DNA of 63,489 nucleotides, counting the filler, from Licmophora abbreviata (Eukaryota): NCBI GenBank assembly GCA_900291995.1. It is 12 parts of 12 records of this genome, joined end to end, with 100 filler letters (N's around TTAATTAATTAA, not from the genome) between each part and the next. Parts side by side here need not be neighbours in the genome. Positions count along the whole stretch, not along the records: positions 31,601 to 45,690 come from OLMU01000530.1; positions 45,791 to 49,664 come from OLMU01000532.1; positions 49,765 to 52,155 come from OLMU01000533.1; positions 52,256 to 55,743 come from OLMU01000534.1; 8 more parts are not named here. One strand, given 5' to 3'. This document shows positions 41,102 to 52,308 of this stretch, piece by piece. The notes below the pieces were generated by a model. That model did no database searches. It saw only the letters and a program-made list of their open reading frames with translations, and was not told the DNA's origin. The translations under genes were made by a program, and so were the position numbers. The number at the start of each line of letters is the position of its first letter. The stretch's first letter is position 1.

Positions 41102-44100
41102 CTACATGAGCTCAAACCCGGCGCCAGCTTCAATCGCATACAGCAGTCTGTCTCGTAACACCCTCTCCGAACTGTATGTCGGAAGTTTCAATACATTGAA
41201 GCAAGTCGACGCTGTGGGAAGCTTGTCGCCATCTCGTAGAATTCCGACTCGTTGAATCGTAAAGGGTGGATTCATAGACGCAAATCCAAGCGGTGGAGGT
41301 CGTTCGCAACTAGTCGCAAAGCGGAGCAAGTCGGCTTGTTGTTTGCTGTTGAAGGACGACACCACTCTCCAAAATCGCTGAATGTTCCGATCGAGGCCAG
41401 TAAAGCCCCCCGTGTAACGTGTGTTGGTGCGCATATCAGCGACGTCGAGCTTGCCATCCGTGGCGCCGCTAATCAAGACTTGCAATTCCGGCTGGTTGAA
41501 GATTTGCAGCCAAGACCGATCAATCACATCCCACAAGCCTCGAGTGAAGGCTTCCGATTGTTCCTTGACTCGGTCGCATACATGATGTTTTGCGACAAGT
41601 CCTACAAGAACCAAAAGAGGGCCGCGTTAGGGGTTGTGGCCGGATGGACAATGAAACTGACTCTCAAATACAGCGAAAGGGCGTACCGATATATCTCTGC
41701 TTGTTGGAGTTTGTCACTGGAACGTCGGCTCCATTCGGAATCAGCGGAATTTCCTTGTTCAATCCAAAGTCGTCGTCCGCTACAGTGAAAGATAAACACA
41801 GGTCTTCCGCATCACCCTCAAAAGTCTTGAGGAACATGAGATTTTGGTACAGCTGCGGATCGAGAGTACTGAGATCGGGCAGCATATGTAGAAAGTTGTA
41901 ATCGCCTCTTATGAACGACAAAAAGAAATGAGCAAAACGAGGGTGGATAGTAATTCCCTCAAACAATGCCTTTCCAAGAATTCGACCGAGGAACTGGAAC
42001 AAAACAATGTGGTCAGGTCCATGTGCCTGTCCTGACGAAGGATTCGGGTAGAGGCAGTTTCCAGCGCCTGAGCAAAAGAGCGAATATGTGAGTAATTGAA
42101 GATTCACGGCACGACGATCGCAAAAGCGAAGCTACCACCGTACCTTCCGTGACGCGGAAGAGAGCATATGAAGGGTTGAATGCGATGTGACTTAGATCGG
42201 TCCAAAACTCTTTGAATAGGCCACCAACATCGACGCCCGATTCCTGCGCACCCGTCTCACTAACGTACTGCACAGCAATGCGCTGGCGTAGGTTGCGACC
42301 AAGCTTGTTGAGAGTCGCAAGGCCGTCTTCCAGCACTCGTCCGCGCGTAATGCGGACGGGAATACCAGGTTTTAGTCCAGGGTGGAAAGGATTCTGACTA
42401 TTCTCTCCTTGGATCTCCACTCGGTTGGTCGTTACAATACGCTCAAACAATTTCAGTCGCCTTTTGAACGACACAAGAAAAGGGCAAATTCGTAACACAG
42501 GCGAGACGAGCAGTGCCTCGTATTCACTCGCTCTCTTACACTGGCGAATATCCTTATCCAATAGGTCTTCGACTATCCACAACTTCGGAACACACAGAGG
42601 ACGGCGACTGGATCGATCATACAGGTCTCTCATCGTCTTTGACGACGACGACACCAGTGACAAGCCAAAATGGTTCGAGCACGTATCGCGATCGACGCGA
42701 TCGTTGTCGATCGATCCAGTGTCATCTAGTGAGCAGGCTCGATACAGAAGCTTTTTGAGAACCTGGATGCACCGTCGGACTTGATGAACCGGTATCGGCT
42801 TGTCCATATCGTGAATTTCGATGTCGTCAGTAATGATGAGCGTGTGGGCCAAGGTGCACACGAAAAGAAAAAGCAGCACTGCCCCGTCGTTTTCTTCCTG
42901 TCGCGACTTTGATGCTTTTGCGTAGACTGGTCGAATCCTAACTGAGCGAATGGGAACGGATCTGTACAGAGGTCGGTGGCAAGTAAGAGCCTGATCGTAC
43001 GCAATGATAGCAAAATTCGCGACGACGTCATACCTTTTCGTGGTGTCAATGACAGAGTACACATCGGCAACTACCTTGCTGTCTGATTGAATGAGCGCCC
43101 AAGACGTCTGGACTATTGAAGTAGAAAAGCAAAGAGCATTCAAAAGGGATAGAGCGCTGGGATCGGCCCATGATGATGCGTCCCCTTTCTCGTCTGATGT
43201 CGCCTTCGACTTTCGTGGCTCCTCCACTTTCTTTCGTTTCACAATGTCATCTCGACCCCCACCGCCCCATCTCGACAATATCGTACCATACGCTCGACAC
43301 AGCGCAAAAAAGAAGCCGCGCTGGAAGGCAGACCTCGATGCCGTGTTTTCTCGAGAGGTGAAGTCATGCGAAAGCAAAGAATTCGTGACTCTCCGATCTC
43401 GAATGTTCTGGCCGTGAGCAAGTTTCCTTGACATTGAGGATGTGTCCATCAGTTGTCCCGATCCCTGTTGATCGTGTCGTGCGGGTTGTTTCTTGTCTCC
43501 GGAGAGCATTTGTGTCTGTAAACGAGCAGAAGAGTTTGGTTAGGAGGAGCAACAGACGAATATCCATTTGAAGGTGAAGCGCTTACCATCCCTGCACCCA
43601 ACTTTCGCGCCCATTTGCTAGATTGCCAGAAAGATCTGTTCCTGTCGATGCGGGCCTCCTTCGCCGCAAGCGTAGTCGTGGACGAACTTCCCACTTCAGT
43701 TAATTCACGCTCGTGCTTCAGATCTTTTTCATGTTTTTCGCGCAAGATCTTCTCGGTACCAAAAGCGTCATTGTCAATCGCACACGCAAAAAGCCCACGG
43801 ACGAAAGAATCTACCAAAATAAGCCTGCATTGCTCCATGACAACTGGCGACAGGACGATTGGCGTGTGATGCGATTTTCCATCCGAAATCCACTCGACGG
43901 CAGAGTCCCGCGATGAGAATGTTCCCAATGGCACCGCATCGAGGAGCGTTGCAAGAAACTTAAAGAACAATTCCGCCGCTGTGCATACCGACGACAGATG
44001 ATGAGACAGAGACTACTAAGCACAGGCGTCAAATCGCATCCGAATCTGCTACTTACCATCGTAATTTAATTTTTCCGCTTCGGATCCGTTCACGCTGGGA

Positions 44101-45470
44101 CACAGTCGCCCCATCTGAGCGAAATTAGCAAGAAAGCATTGAGTATTCGTCGCTGGGCACACCGTTAACGGGATGTCAGCACTCGGAAGGACAGTGGCGA
44201 TGTTTCCAGCCGACAGCGCAATGGAGTGTTGTTCGACAAAAGACGACAAGATGATACAGAAGAGAGGCGTGCGCTGAGATTTGACCGTGTCGTCTTTCAC
44301 CAGAGTTGCGACAGAAGTAGAGGATAGTCGCCAAGTCAGCAACGGGACGGTAAAGATCTCAGCGGCAAATCGGCTCTGAAGTAGCCGTCGTTCCGTTCCA
44401 GCATTTTTTACATGAATAGCCTCCAGCGCAAGCCTAAACAATGCGTCGTTCTGTTTCCTCTCCTTCGCAGAAAAGCAAGAGTCCCTTCCTCGCATGGCAT
44501 CAGGGGGTATGGGTGCGCCGCTACCAAACAGTAGATGCTGTCGAAGAATCTGTATGATATCCAGCGGCGACCCGATCGTTGAGAATGCAGTAGACTCAAC
44601 AGGGACATCCGAGAGCATAACAAGACGCGCCTCCCGGATGATAAGACTCCGCGCAGTCTTGGCAGAAGCAGCGCCCAGAATCGTCCGAAGGAAAGCGAGA
44701 ATTGTCTCGAGAACATCATCAGGCGTCGCTTTCGTAGTCGCCACGACGAAACACAGCCGCAATGTGTTATTAAATCGTTTCCGACCTGCTTCGCTAGCAA
44801 TCCAAGACAATGCAGGATCCAAGTTTTCATCAGCGCCTACAATACCCGGCAAGAGAACATGATCCAGCATACGTTGAAGATGAGTGGCGCCATCGTGACC
44901 TCGTAGCATAACCCTTGAAGTAATGGACGAATTCCTTTTGTAGGGAATTGTCTTGGTAAGAAACAGTAGCTGCTGTCCTAGGGATGTGACTGTCGCTGGA
45001 GGAGGCACATATTCCGACGATGTTTTTGCATAAATCAATGTACGGAGAGTAGCGACATCGTGAAGACGCTGAGAAAGCAAAGACTCCTGTTCAGACAATA
45101 ACGACGCATTCGAGCGATGAGCGCGATAGAATGCCTGGATCCTGGTAGCCGACTTGTGCTGCAACTGAAGTTCCTGTCGTAGCAAGCGCTGCTGCAGCGC
45201 GTTTGCGACAGCGGTAGGCTTCGACCCATCATAAACTATTGGGGCTGCGGGTCTCGCCAGGCTTGCAGAACCCAAGACGGCAGAAGCCGCGTCCGCCGTT
45301 CCTTCGCTAGTCGAATTTGAAACATTGACAACGCCAGAGACCGTGACTGTCGTCTGTGTCGTGGATGCATTCGCTTTCCTTTGTTGCTGCTGTTTGAGCA
45401 GTCGACGACGTGCCTTGGTGTCCTCCTGACGCTTCCGCGATCGACTTCCCTTTAGCTCCTCGGAGAACAT
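41102..45470 (-). CDS. HECT E3 ubiquitin ligase, UBE3B/UBE3C-like with IQ motif, 6 exons (45470-44057, 43978-43587, 43515-43034, 42961-42144, 42067-41687, 41601-41102)
   Basis: IQ motif ATRIQAFYRAH; ESGVDVGGLFKEFW; FLGRILGKALFEG; LPTASTCFNVLKLPTY...AGFEL; all introns GT-AG. Confidence 0.92.
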
Positions 45471-45690
45471 GATGAAATTGCAAGTCCGAGATCTTTCGTA
45501 GCAGACTCACTGCGATCTTTGGAGGAAGGGACGATTGGAAACGCCAAAGGGTGAAGAGGCTAAAGTCGACATTGAACATGTCATTATCCCTCATCCCATG
45601 TTTTTACATGATTAATGGTGCTTGCGACTCATCGACTTGCGACTCGTGAACAGATCGACCGTGAGTCATGAGTCAATCTTTCGCGCACCA

Positions 45691-45790
45691 NNNNNNNNNN
45701 NNNNNNNNNNNNNNNNNNNNNNNNNNNNNNNNNNTTAATTAATTAANNNNNNNNNNNNNNNNNNNNNNNNNNNNNNNNNNNNNNNNNNNN
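45691..45790. other. Artificial gap linker
   Basis: N-run, TTAATTAATTAA, N-run. Confidence 0.97.
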
Positions 45791-46154
45791 TCTGGACGGG
45801 TTCGATACAGAGTCGCCCCTTTTCTACTGCTTGCTCTTGGAAGATGCGGCGACAGGAATCGCCTCGGGGATGGCATTCATCTTCTTTGGCTACGATGTCT
45901 CATTCGGACGATTCATATATTTGGAAGATCTATTCTTTGAGGAAAAGTCTCGCGGTAAGGGGGCTGGTAAAATGGTTATGTTCGCGCTAGCTATGGCGTG
46001 TCACTTGCTGGGATGTGACGGTCTCATGTGGCAAGCTCTGGACTGGAACACGCCTGCACTGACTTTCTACGGAAAGATCGGTGCGAAAGTTATGGATGGG
46101 CTTCTTACAACTCGCTTCGCAGGCCAGGATTTAATCGCGTTCGCTTCGAAATAA
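45791..46154 (+). CDS. GNAT acetyltransferase, diamine/spermidine N-acetyltransferase-like, 5' truncated
   Basis: IYLEDLFFEEKSRGKGAGK; WQALDWNTPALTFYGKIGA. Confidence 0.85.
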
Positions 46155-46161
46155 TGAGTAG

Positions 46162-47082
46162 TTAGCTGTTGTCACCTCCCCTCTTTTTCTTTCCAGCAAA
46201 CATTTTACCAACCACAGCCTTGCTGATATCGCCAAATTTATAATCTTTGTTGCCTGTAAAGTCGCGGATCGCTTTCTTGGAAACGTCGCCAAACTGATAG
46301 TTCTTCGAGGCTTCTTCTCCGAGATAGTCCGCAACCCACTTCTTGCGCCGGCTGTTCACCTCGGCAGAAATGTCTCCGAAGCTGTACTCGGAACTTCCGG
46401 TAAACTCAGCAACGCGATTCTTGACCCGCTTGTTCACCTCTTTGGTGAGCATGCCGAATTCATACTCCTCGGCCCCACAAAACTCCGCGACAGTCGACTT
46501 GCAGCGTTTGTCGATCTCGATGGACAAGTCGCCAACTTCGTAGTCCTTCTTACCCGTCATCTCGCACGTCATATCCTTCGAGAGCTCGTCCAACGCTAGG
46601 ACGAGATCTCCCAGTTCATACTTTTCCTTGCCACGGAGTTGTGCGACCTGGTCCTTTACGCGAGTGTCGATCTCCTTCGAAAGGTCGCCCACAGCGTATG
46701 AATCCTTGCCAATGAACTCGCGCGTATTCTTCTTGATGTTTTCCACCACAGCTAGACGAACCATTTCCGACAATTCGAGGCTAAGTCCGTTCCACTCATC
46801 GTCGGCAACAAGATTGTTGACGGCTTTCGTTTCTTGTTCGGTGAGTTTAGAAGCTCCGCTACTGCCGTCCGAAAGGGCTTCGCTGCTGTCAGTTCCGCTG
46901 CTGTCAGTTCCGCTGCTGTCAGTTCCGCTGCTGTCAGTTCCGGTACTGAAGCGAACAGTGCATTCAAAGTGAGTCGGAGCCGAAAGTGTCTTGCCTCTGG
47001 GACACGAGACGATTCCAAAGGTCGACACAGCCTCCAAGAAGAAGGATGAGCCGAGTGAAAGGCTAAGAAGAGCAAACTTCAT
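46162..47082 (-). CDS. Probably plastid-targeted protein with seven GxxxY(x)(F/V/L)GD(L/I)S repeats
   Basis: Signal peptide ending VST-F; ~26-aa periodic motif. Confidence 0.8.
   Translation of the reverse strand: MKFALLSLSLGSSFFLEAVSTFGIVSCPRGKTLSAPTHFECTVRFSTGTDSSGTDSSGTDSSGTDSSEALSDGSSGASKLTEQETKAVNNLVADDEWNGLSLELSEMVRLAVVENIKKNTREFIGKDSYAVGDLSKEIDTRVKDQVAQLRGKEKYELGDLVLALDELSKDMTCEMTGKKDYEVGDLSIEIDKRCKSTVAEFCGAEEYEFGMLTKEVNKRVKNRVAEFTGSSEYSFGDISAEVNSRRKKWVADYLGEEASKNYQFGDVSKKAIRDFTGNKDYKFGDISKAVVGKMFAGKKKRGGDNS
46881..46940. repeat. Perfect 15-bp tandem repeat x4 (encodes GTDSS)
   Basis: cgctgctgtcagttc repeated four times. Confidence 0.95.
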
Positions 47083-47493
47083 GGTGATACCGTCACGGGG
47101 CAGGCTTTATGGACGTCGGTGCGGTGTCGAGAAGATCCGTCGTGTCATCAAAACAATAGCGCGCGGCAAAAGCGCAGACGGCGGCAAGAACTCTCATGAT
47201 GATGTGGTAGATATCCGCTCGATTCGAAAGATCATGCTGAAATCGGATGCTGAGTGGGTTAGACTACTACGGCATCTCCAACAATGTGCGAAGGGTTTGA
47301 TGCGCCAAGCAGTGTAGCTATTGGCGTTATAGTATAGCTAGGTCTAGCTAGAATTTGTTGCCTTTGTTGTTGCCATCTTCTAAGTTGCGATCAACTCGAG
47401 TGCGCATTTCATTCCGAGTGGGATTCGAGCTGCTTCTGGAGCGAGGTAATGTTTCAACGTCGTCAAAGCTTAGAGCCGCAAATCGACTGTTTA

Positions 47494-49021
47494 TCATGAG
47501 AGAGAAACCAGAGCATCACTCAACAGATTGGCAATTTCTCTCGCAGAAGCTCGTTTCTTCGCATCGTACACCAGACATCGATCAATGGCGAGGACCATCG
47601 CCTTGTGAAACGGATGGTTACTTGATAGAATGTCTGTGTTCGTTACATTGACTCTTCCACCATGGATGACGAACTCAGGCACATTATCAGAGTCTTCCAT
47701 ATCCTGGTATGGATACTCTCCAGTAAGAATCAAGTTTAGGACGAGGCCGAGCGACCAGACATCGACCTTTTCTGTTTCGTACTTGTAGCTATATTCCTCC
47801 GGTGATCGCCACTGCGAGAGGGAAACATAAAACGTAGGTGGCGTGAGCTAGCACGAAATCTTCTTCAATGCATGACCGAAATGCAAGAGGAAGTAAAGCC
47901 CTTACCGATCCAGCGTTCTTCCCGACGGTAAAGCCGCACGTTTCGTCGTCTTCCGTATTCCACGATAAGAGGCGCGCACGGTTGAAGTCGCTGAGCTTGT
48001 ACTCGCCATCCAACAAAATGAATTGGTTTGCTTTGATATCGGTGTGGGCTATCGTCGCCCGACCCTTTTCGTCCACATGGTGCGCGTCAGCGACGCCTGC
48101 AGCGACGCTATGAGCAATCTTGAGTCGATCTTCTTCCGAGAGTGTCTGATTCTGATACATGAGATCCGCCAAATCACCACCATCGCAATAGTCGAAGAAG
48201 GCTGAATTGGCACAATAACCGTAAATATGTGCAACGTGATGGGATGCAGAGAGTGCTTCATACGCAAGGGCATCACGTCGATGACGCTCAAAGTTGCGAT
48301 GATCAAATTCACGCTTCTTGATGTATCGGAGCGTCTTGAGTGCTCGACGAGTGCCGTTGTACTCTCGAATCATCCACACATCGCGATAAGCACCATTGTT
48401 GACTAAATCTACTTCGTCCTGCATTTGGGCCAGTTCCACTTCGTGGAAAGCGTTGCAGCCAAGATGAAAGGTTGTTTGCCATTCGGCCATTGGTTCGCAT
48501 CCGTCACGAAGTTCACTCCTCGACTTGTGTCTTGACATCCGCGGCTGCTCAAACTCAACATGACGACTAGCGATTCGATTCATCTCCCATGGCAGTGGGA
48601 GTGCCTCGACTGTAAAGTCCGACTGAATTTGCACCATGAAAGGCTTGGAGTTAAATGGTGTCGGTGATGGAGCCGATGTGAGATAACGATGGACGTTGAA
48701 TCTGTAGTAGCCTTCCTCTGCGGAAGGAGAGACCGTCGCCGGCGTCATGAACGCTAATTGATCCCCTGCAATAAGGAAAGATACTGTTGCGAGGACCCCA
48801 CAGAGCACCAACAGTCCCCAAATCGCACTTGTTCGTCGCCCACGACTCTTATTGCACGGCGCCAACGTACATCGACTTCGATGTCCCCGGAAATGACCAT
48901 GCTTGTATGTTTCCTTTCCAGACGCTTCTTGGTTAGTATTCCCCACATCCTCAGTTGGCGAGTATTCACGCGACAGTGGGGTCCGGCGGCGGTGCCTAGG
49001 AATCTCTCCTGCCATGGTCAT
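47494..49021 (-). CDS. Type II membrane protein kinase, PKDCC/VLK-like, 2 exons (intron 47812-47905)
   Basis: TM segment IWGLLVLCGVLATVSFLI; NNGAYRDVW, ALKTLR, HTDIKANQF, KLSDFN, WRSPEEY, KVDVWSLG. Confidence 0.85.
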
Positions 49022-49234
49022 ACTCTCAACGGCGATTCGAAACAAACTCTAAAAAAGAAGTGAACGGACGCGATGTTGGCATCAATTTTCGCGGCGCGCC
49101 ACCGTGAAATGACTGTGCCATAATTACAGATGACCAAAATATTGGAATATGACGTGGAATGACGTTTGCAGAGTCGAGCTAGTCAAACATGTGAAGTTTG
49201 ATCTCACGCGCAATCAACATAGCGACGCATCACC

Positions 49235-49664
49235 ATGGTTTTGCGACTCGCCGCAATATCTGGCATTCTTGGGGCTAGTGCGTCGTGCTTTGCCAAATTT
49301 GCCTTTGCGGCTGACTCTCCTGTAGTTGAATGGACCGACAACTTTTGTCGGAATCGATGGGAATCTACAATCATCGTCAGCGAGCCATCCGTTACCTTGT
49401 GTGATGTGCTGCCTTGGGTGCCTCGATGCATGTGTCTTCTTGGCGTTGTGCTCATGAACGTCCTCATGGTAGGCGCATTTTTGGAGGGAATGAAGGAGAG
49501 TGGGAGTGTCGCTGGAACGGCGCTCTCGTCCGCTGCCAATTTTGGAGCCTCGGCGGTTTACGGTGTACTCCTTTGGAATGAGTCTGTCAACTTGACGTGG
49601 CTTCTGGGCTTCGCTCTCGTGCTAGCTGGTGCAACGCTCCTATCAACAGTGCAATCCTCAAGTT
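49235..49664 (+). CDS. TMEM42-like small DMT/EamA membrane protein
   Basis: AAISGILGASASCFAKFAF...SSAANFGASAVYGVLLWNE...WLLGFALVLAG. Confidence 0.8.
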
Positions 49665-49764
49665 NNNNNNNNNNNNNNNNNNNNNNNNNNNNNNNNNNNN
49701 NNNNNNNNTTAATTAATTAANNNNNNNNNNNNNNNNNNNNNNNNNNNNNNNNNNNNNNNNNNNN
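49665..49764. other. Artificial gap linker
   Basis: N-run, TTAATTAATTAA, N-run. Confidence 0.97.
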
Positions 49765-49976
49765 CACATGCAGTTCACGAAAAGAAGAAATCCTAGCAGG
49801 AACTAGCACAGCAGTTTAGCATCTAGAACTAAGAGTTTCGGAACGGGCTATCGACGGACCCACAATGGACTCGATCTAAATGTTATTCTGTATTGCAGGC
49901 TCACCCCGCATTGTTCTTCCTTAAAACCTGATAGACAGATATCGTGACAATTGCGGGAGAAACCATGATCGCCTAC

Positions 49977-50867
49977 TTACACGCTTCTGCTTAGCTCGCC
50001 CGGACCGCAGTCATAATGAGGAAGTTCTCCAATACGAGTATCCGCAGTAACGTTGAACTGCGCCCGCGATTTTTCAAGATCCGCAAAGTCGTTGAGCGCC
50101 AACAGCGCTCCGTTTTCCGCCAATCCTCCAGCGGCCATACCAGCACAGAGATCGCCCACAGCTTCTGACACTGTGAACGTTCGTTCTTCTTCACCATCCT
50201 GGTTGATGGGGAGGCCAACCCGCACCTCACGTACAGCCACAGACGCCGATGGCTGGTATTCTCCGCGGAGAGCAGCTGATAGCCCCCACACATGATGCGA
50301 GTTAATTTCTCCCATGGCGGTCCTCTCGCCTCCGGGCTTGCCCGAGCCATCGCCCGTCACAAACGTGTAAGTTGACGGAACGCCGGTACCGCCGACAGAC
50401 TCTTCCAGTCGAGGCATGAGCTGCTGAGCCGCCGAGAAGTGAAGCGACGCCAACTGCGCACTACTCTGAGCAAACTGTTCCGCAGGCATATCCAGCAACC
50501 TCTCGTTGGCCTTAATGTTGAGAGAGTACGTTTCGTCGCATCCGGGACGGTACTCGTAGTAGTCGTAGGTTCCAGCAGTCTGCCGTGCCCACCACCTCAC
50601 CGCTCCATGTGCGACTACATGATTGAGAGGCGGAGAATTAGCTAGCGTGTCAGCCACCGTCTTGGAAGCATATCCAGGGAGCAAGGAGCCATGGATGGAA
50701 ATGAGGCGGTCGGGGTTTCCCAGTCCGTCCTTGAGAATCTCCAAACGCTCGGGCGAGCGACTGTTGACAATCACGGTAGCTCCAGCTTGGAGAAGGCCAC
50801 GAGTAATACCACGTCCAACGACGCCGACGCCACCAACGACCCAAGCAGTTTGGTTTACAAGTGACAT
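49977..50867 (-). CDS. Short-chain dehydrogenase/reductase-like Rossmann protein
   Basis: AWVVGGVGVVGRGITRGLLQAGATVIVNSRS; no canonical YxxxK seen. Confidence 0.75.
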   Translation of the reverse strand: MSLVNQTAWVVGGVGVVGRGITRGLLQAGATVIVNSRSPERLEILKDGLGNPDRLISIHGSLLPGYASKTVADTLANSPPLNHVVAHGAVRWWARQTAGTYDYYEYRPGCDETYSLNIKANERLLDMPAEQFAQSSAQLASLHFSAAQQLMPRLEESVGGTGVPSTYTFVTGDGSGKPGGERTAMGEINSHHVWGLSAALRGEYQPSASVAVREVRVGLPINQDGEEERTFTVSEAVGDLCAGMAAGGLAENGALLALNDFADLEKSRAQFNVTADTRIGELPHYDCGPGELSRSV

Positions 50868-51350
50868 GGCCTTTCAAAACGCAACGATGTGGAAGAAACC
50901 TTGGAAGAACAAGCATCATTAGGTATAGTCGTAGTGAGAGTTTTGATCCAAACTGGAACACCAGCGCGTCAAGAGTCAAGCATCAACCCGCCACCTGCAG
51001 TCGACTCCGAAAGATCCTCTCTCTTGTCTCCTCTTACCTTTTCTATGTCACAGGACCGACCTTTGTTTACGGTCGAACGCAACTTGGCAGGGAAGTGAAA
51101 GAGTGCCTGTGTCCTGTATCGTACTAGTGAGAAAGGTCATGTTGAAGTTGCGTTGACAATCAGATCGTTCGAAGCACGCACTTTTCGTGACGACCTGCCG
51201 CGCGTGACGATTCCAGATTCCAAACTCAAGCGTATTTTTGGTGAGGACTGCGACGAGATGAGCGATGCTCTGTTGATGGGATAGAGTAGGAGAAGACGAC
51301 TACTGCCTCACTTTATCGACAAATGCAGTCTTTTACTTGAAAGGATTGTA

Positions 51351-52155
51351 ATGGAAGCAATAACGAATCGGCGTGGAAGTGGCGGGAGTAGAAGACGACG
51401 TTTCGCAGGCGCCGAGCCGAGATTTCCTGGCGGTCCAACCCACCGAAATCAAGTTGTGCATGGACATGACAGCGACGCTTCGTCCTCGCTGGACGATGCT
51501 GAGACCGGGAACCGCAAGGATCGTCGCGGAAAAGTGTACACAGGAACTTGTTCGATGGGGAGGTTTGTTTTGAATCCATGTTTGTGCCTTTTCGTGGCGA
51601 TGCGCGCTTCATGTAGCTGGCGGCTATCACGGATAAGAGAACTTCGGCAACGATCAGACAAGCCCGTTCTTGTTTCGGCAACGCTGCTCTGCCTTTCACT
51701 TGGACTGTTCATGTACCGACTATTATTAAGACAACCAGGCATGACTGACATTCACCAGTCGCGTCCTCGTAGCGACTGGGCAGTAAATCGAATACCCATT
51801 CTGATCCAAAGGCTTGACTTGTCGAAAACCGGCTACATTGGCGGCTGGCTCCACCCGTCACCCATTGCTACGAAACAGGGATATTTAGAGCCACCCAAGC
51901 TTCGTAATTTTGGTGGACTTGCGTTCGATTCGCTGGATTTCGCTTCGCACTTTGAGCGACACATCCAAAAGAGCGATGATACAGCATATGACACGTTCCG
52001 TTTGCGACTCCTCGAGCAGATCGACGACGAACGAATGTCGAAACGCTACCGCCCCGACGACGATTTAGAGTTTTCACACTGCCGACGGAACAATTGGATG
52101 TCGCTCAAGTTTCCTACCTGTAACAACCAACATGAGATGGACATTGGGCGTCCTG
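51351..52155 (+). CDS. N-terminal part of a second type II membrane PKDCC-like kinase (truncated by the gap)
   Basis: TM segment, then CRRNNWMSLKFPTCNNQHEMDI, which matches the pre-kinase motif CEPMAEWQTTFHLGCNAFHEVEL of 47494-49021. Confidence 0.65.
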
Positions 52156-52255
52156 NNNNNNNNNNNNNNNNNNNNNNNNNNNNNNNNNNNNNNNNNNNNT
52201 TAATTAATTAANNNNNNNNNNNNNNNNNNNNNNNNNNNNNNNNNNNNNNNNNNNN
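52156..52255. other. Artificial gap linker
   Basis: N-run, TTAATTAATTAA, N-run. Confidence 0.97.
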
Positions 52256-52308
52256 CCTTGTTGACAAACTTGGACTCGCTCTCCTTCCGTGAAGGGTAGC
52301 AGGAAGTT

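Noticed and set aside
45620..45675. CTTGCGACTC twice and TGAGTCATGAGTCA (bZIP-like sites); scattered TGACGT boxes elsewhere
   Set aside because: Short motifs expected by chance; cannot be supported without conservation data
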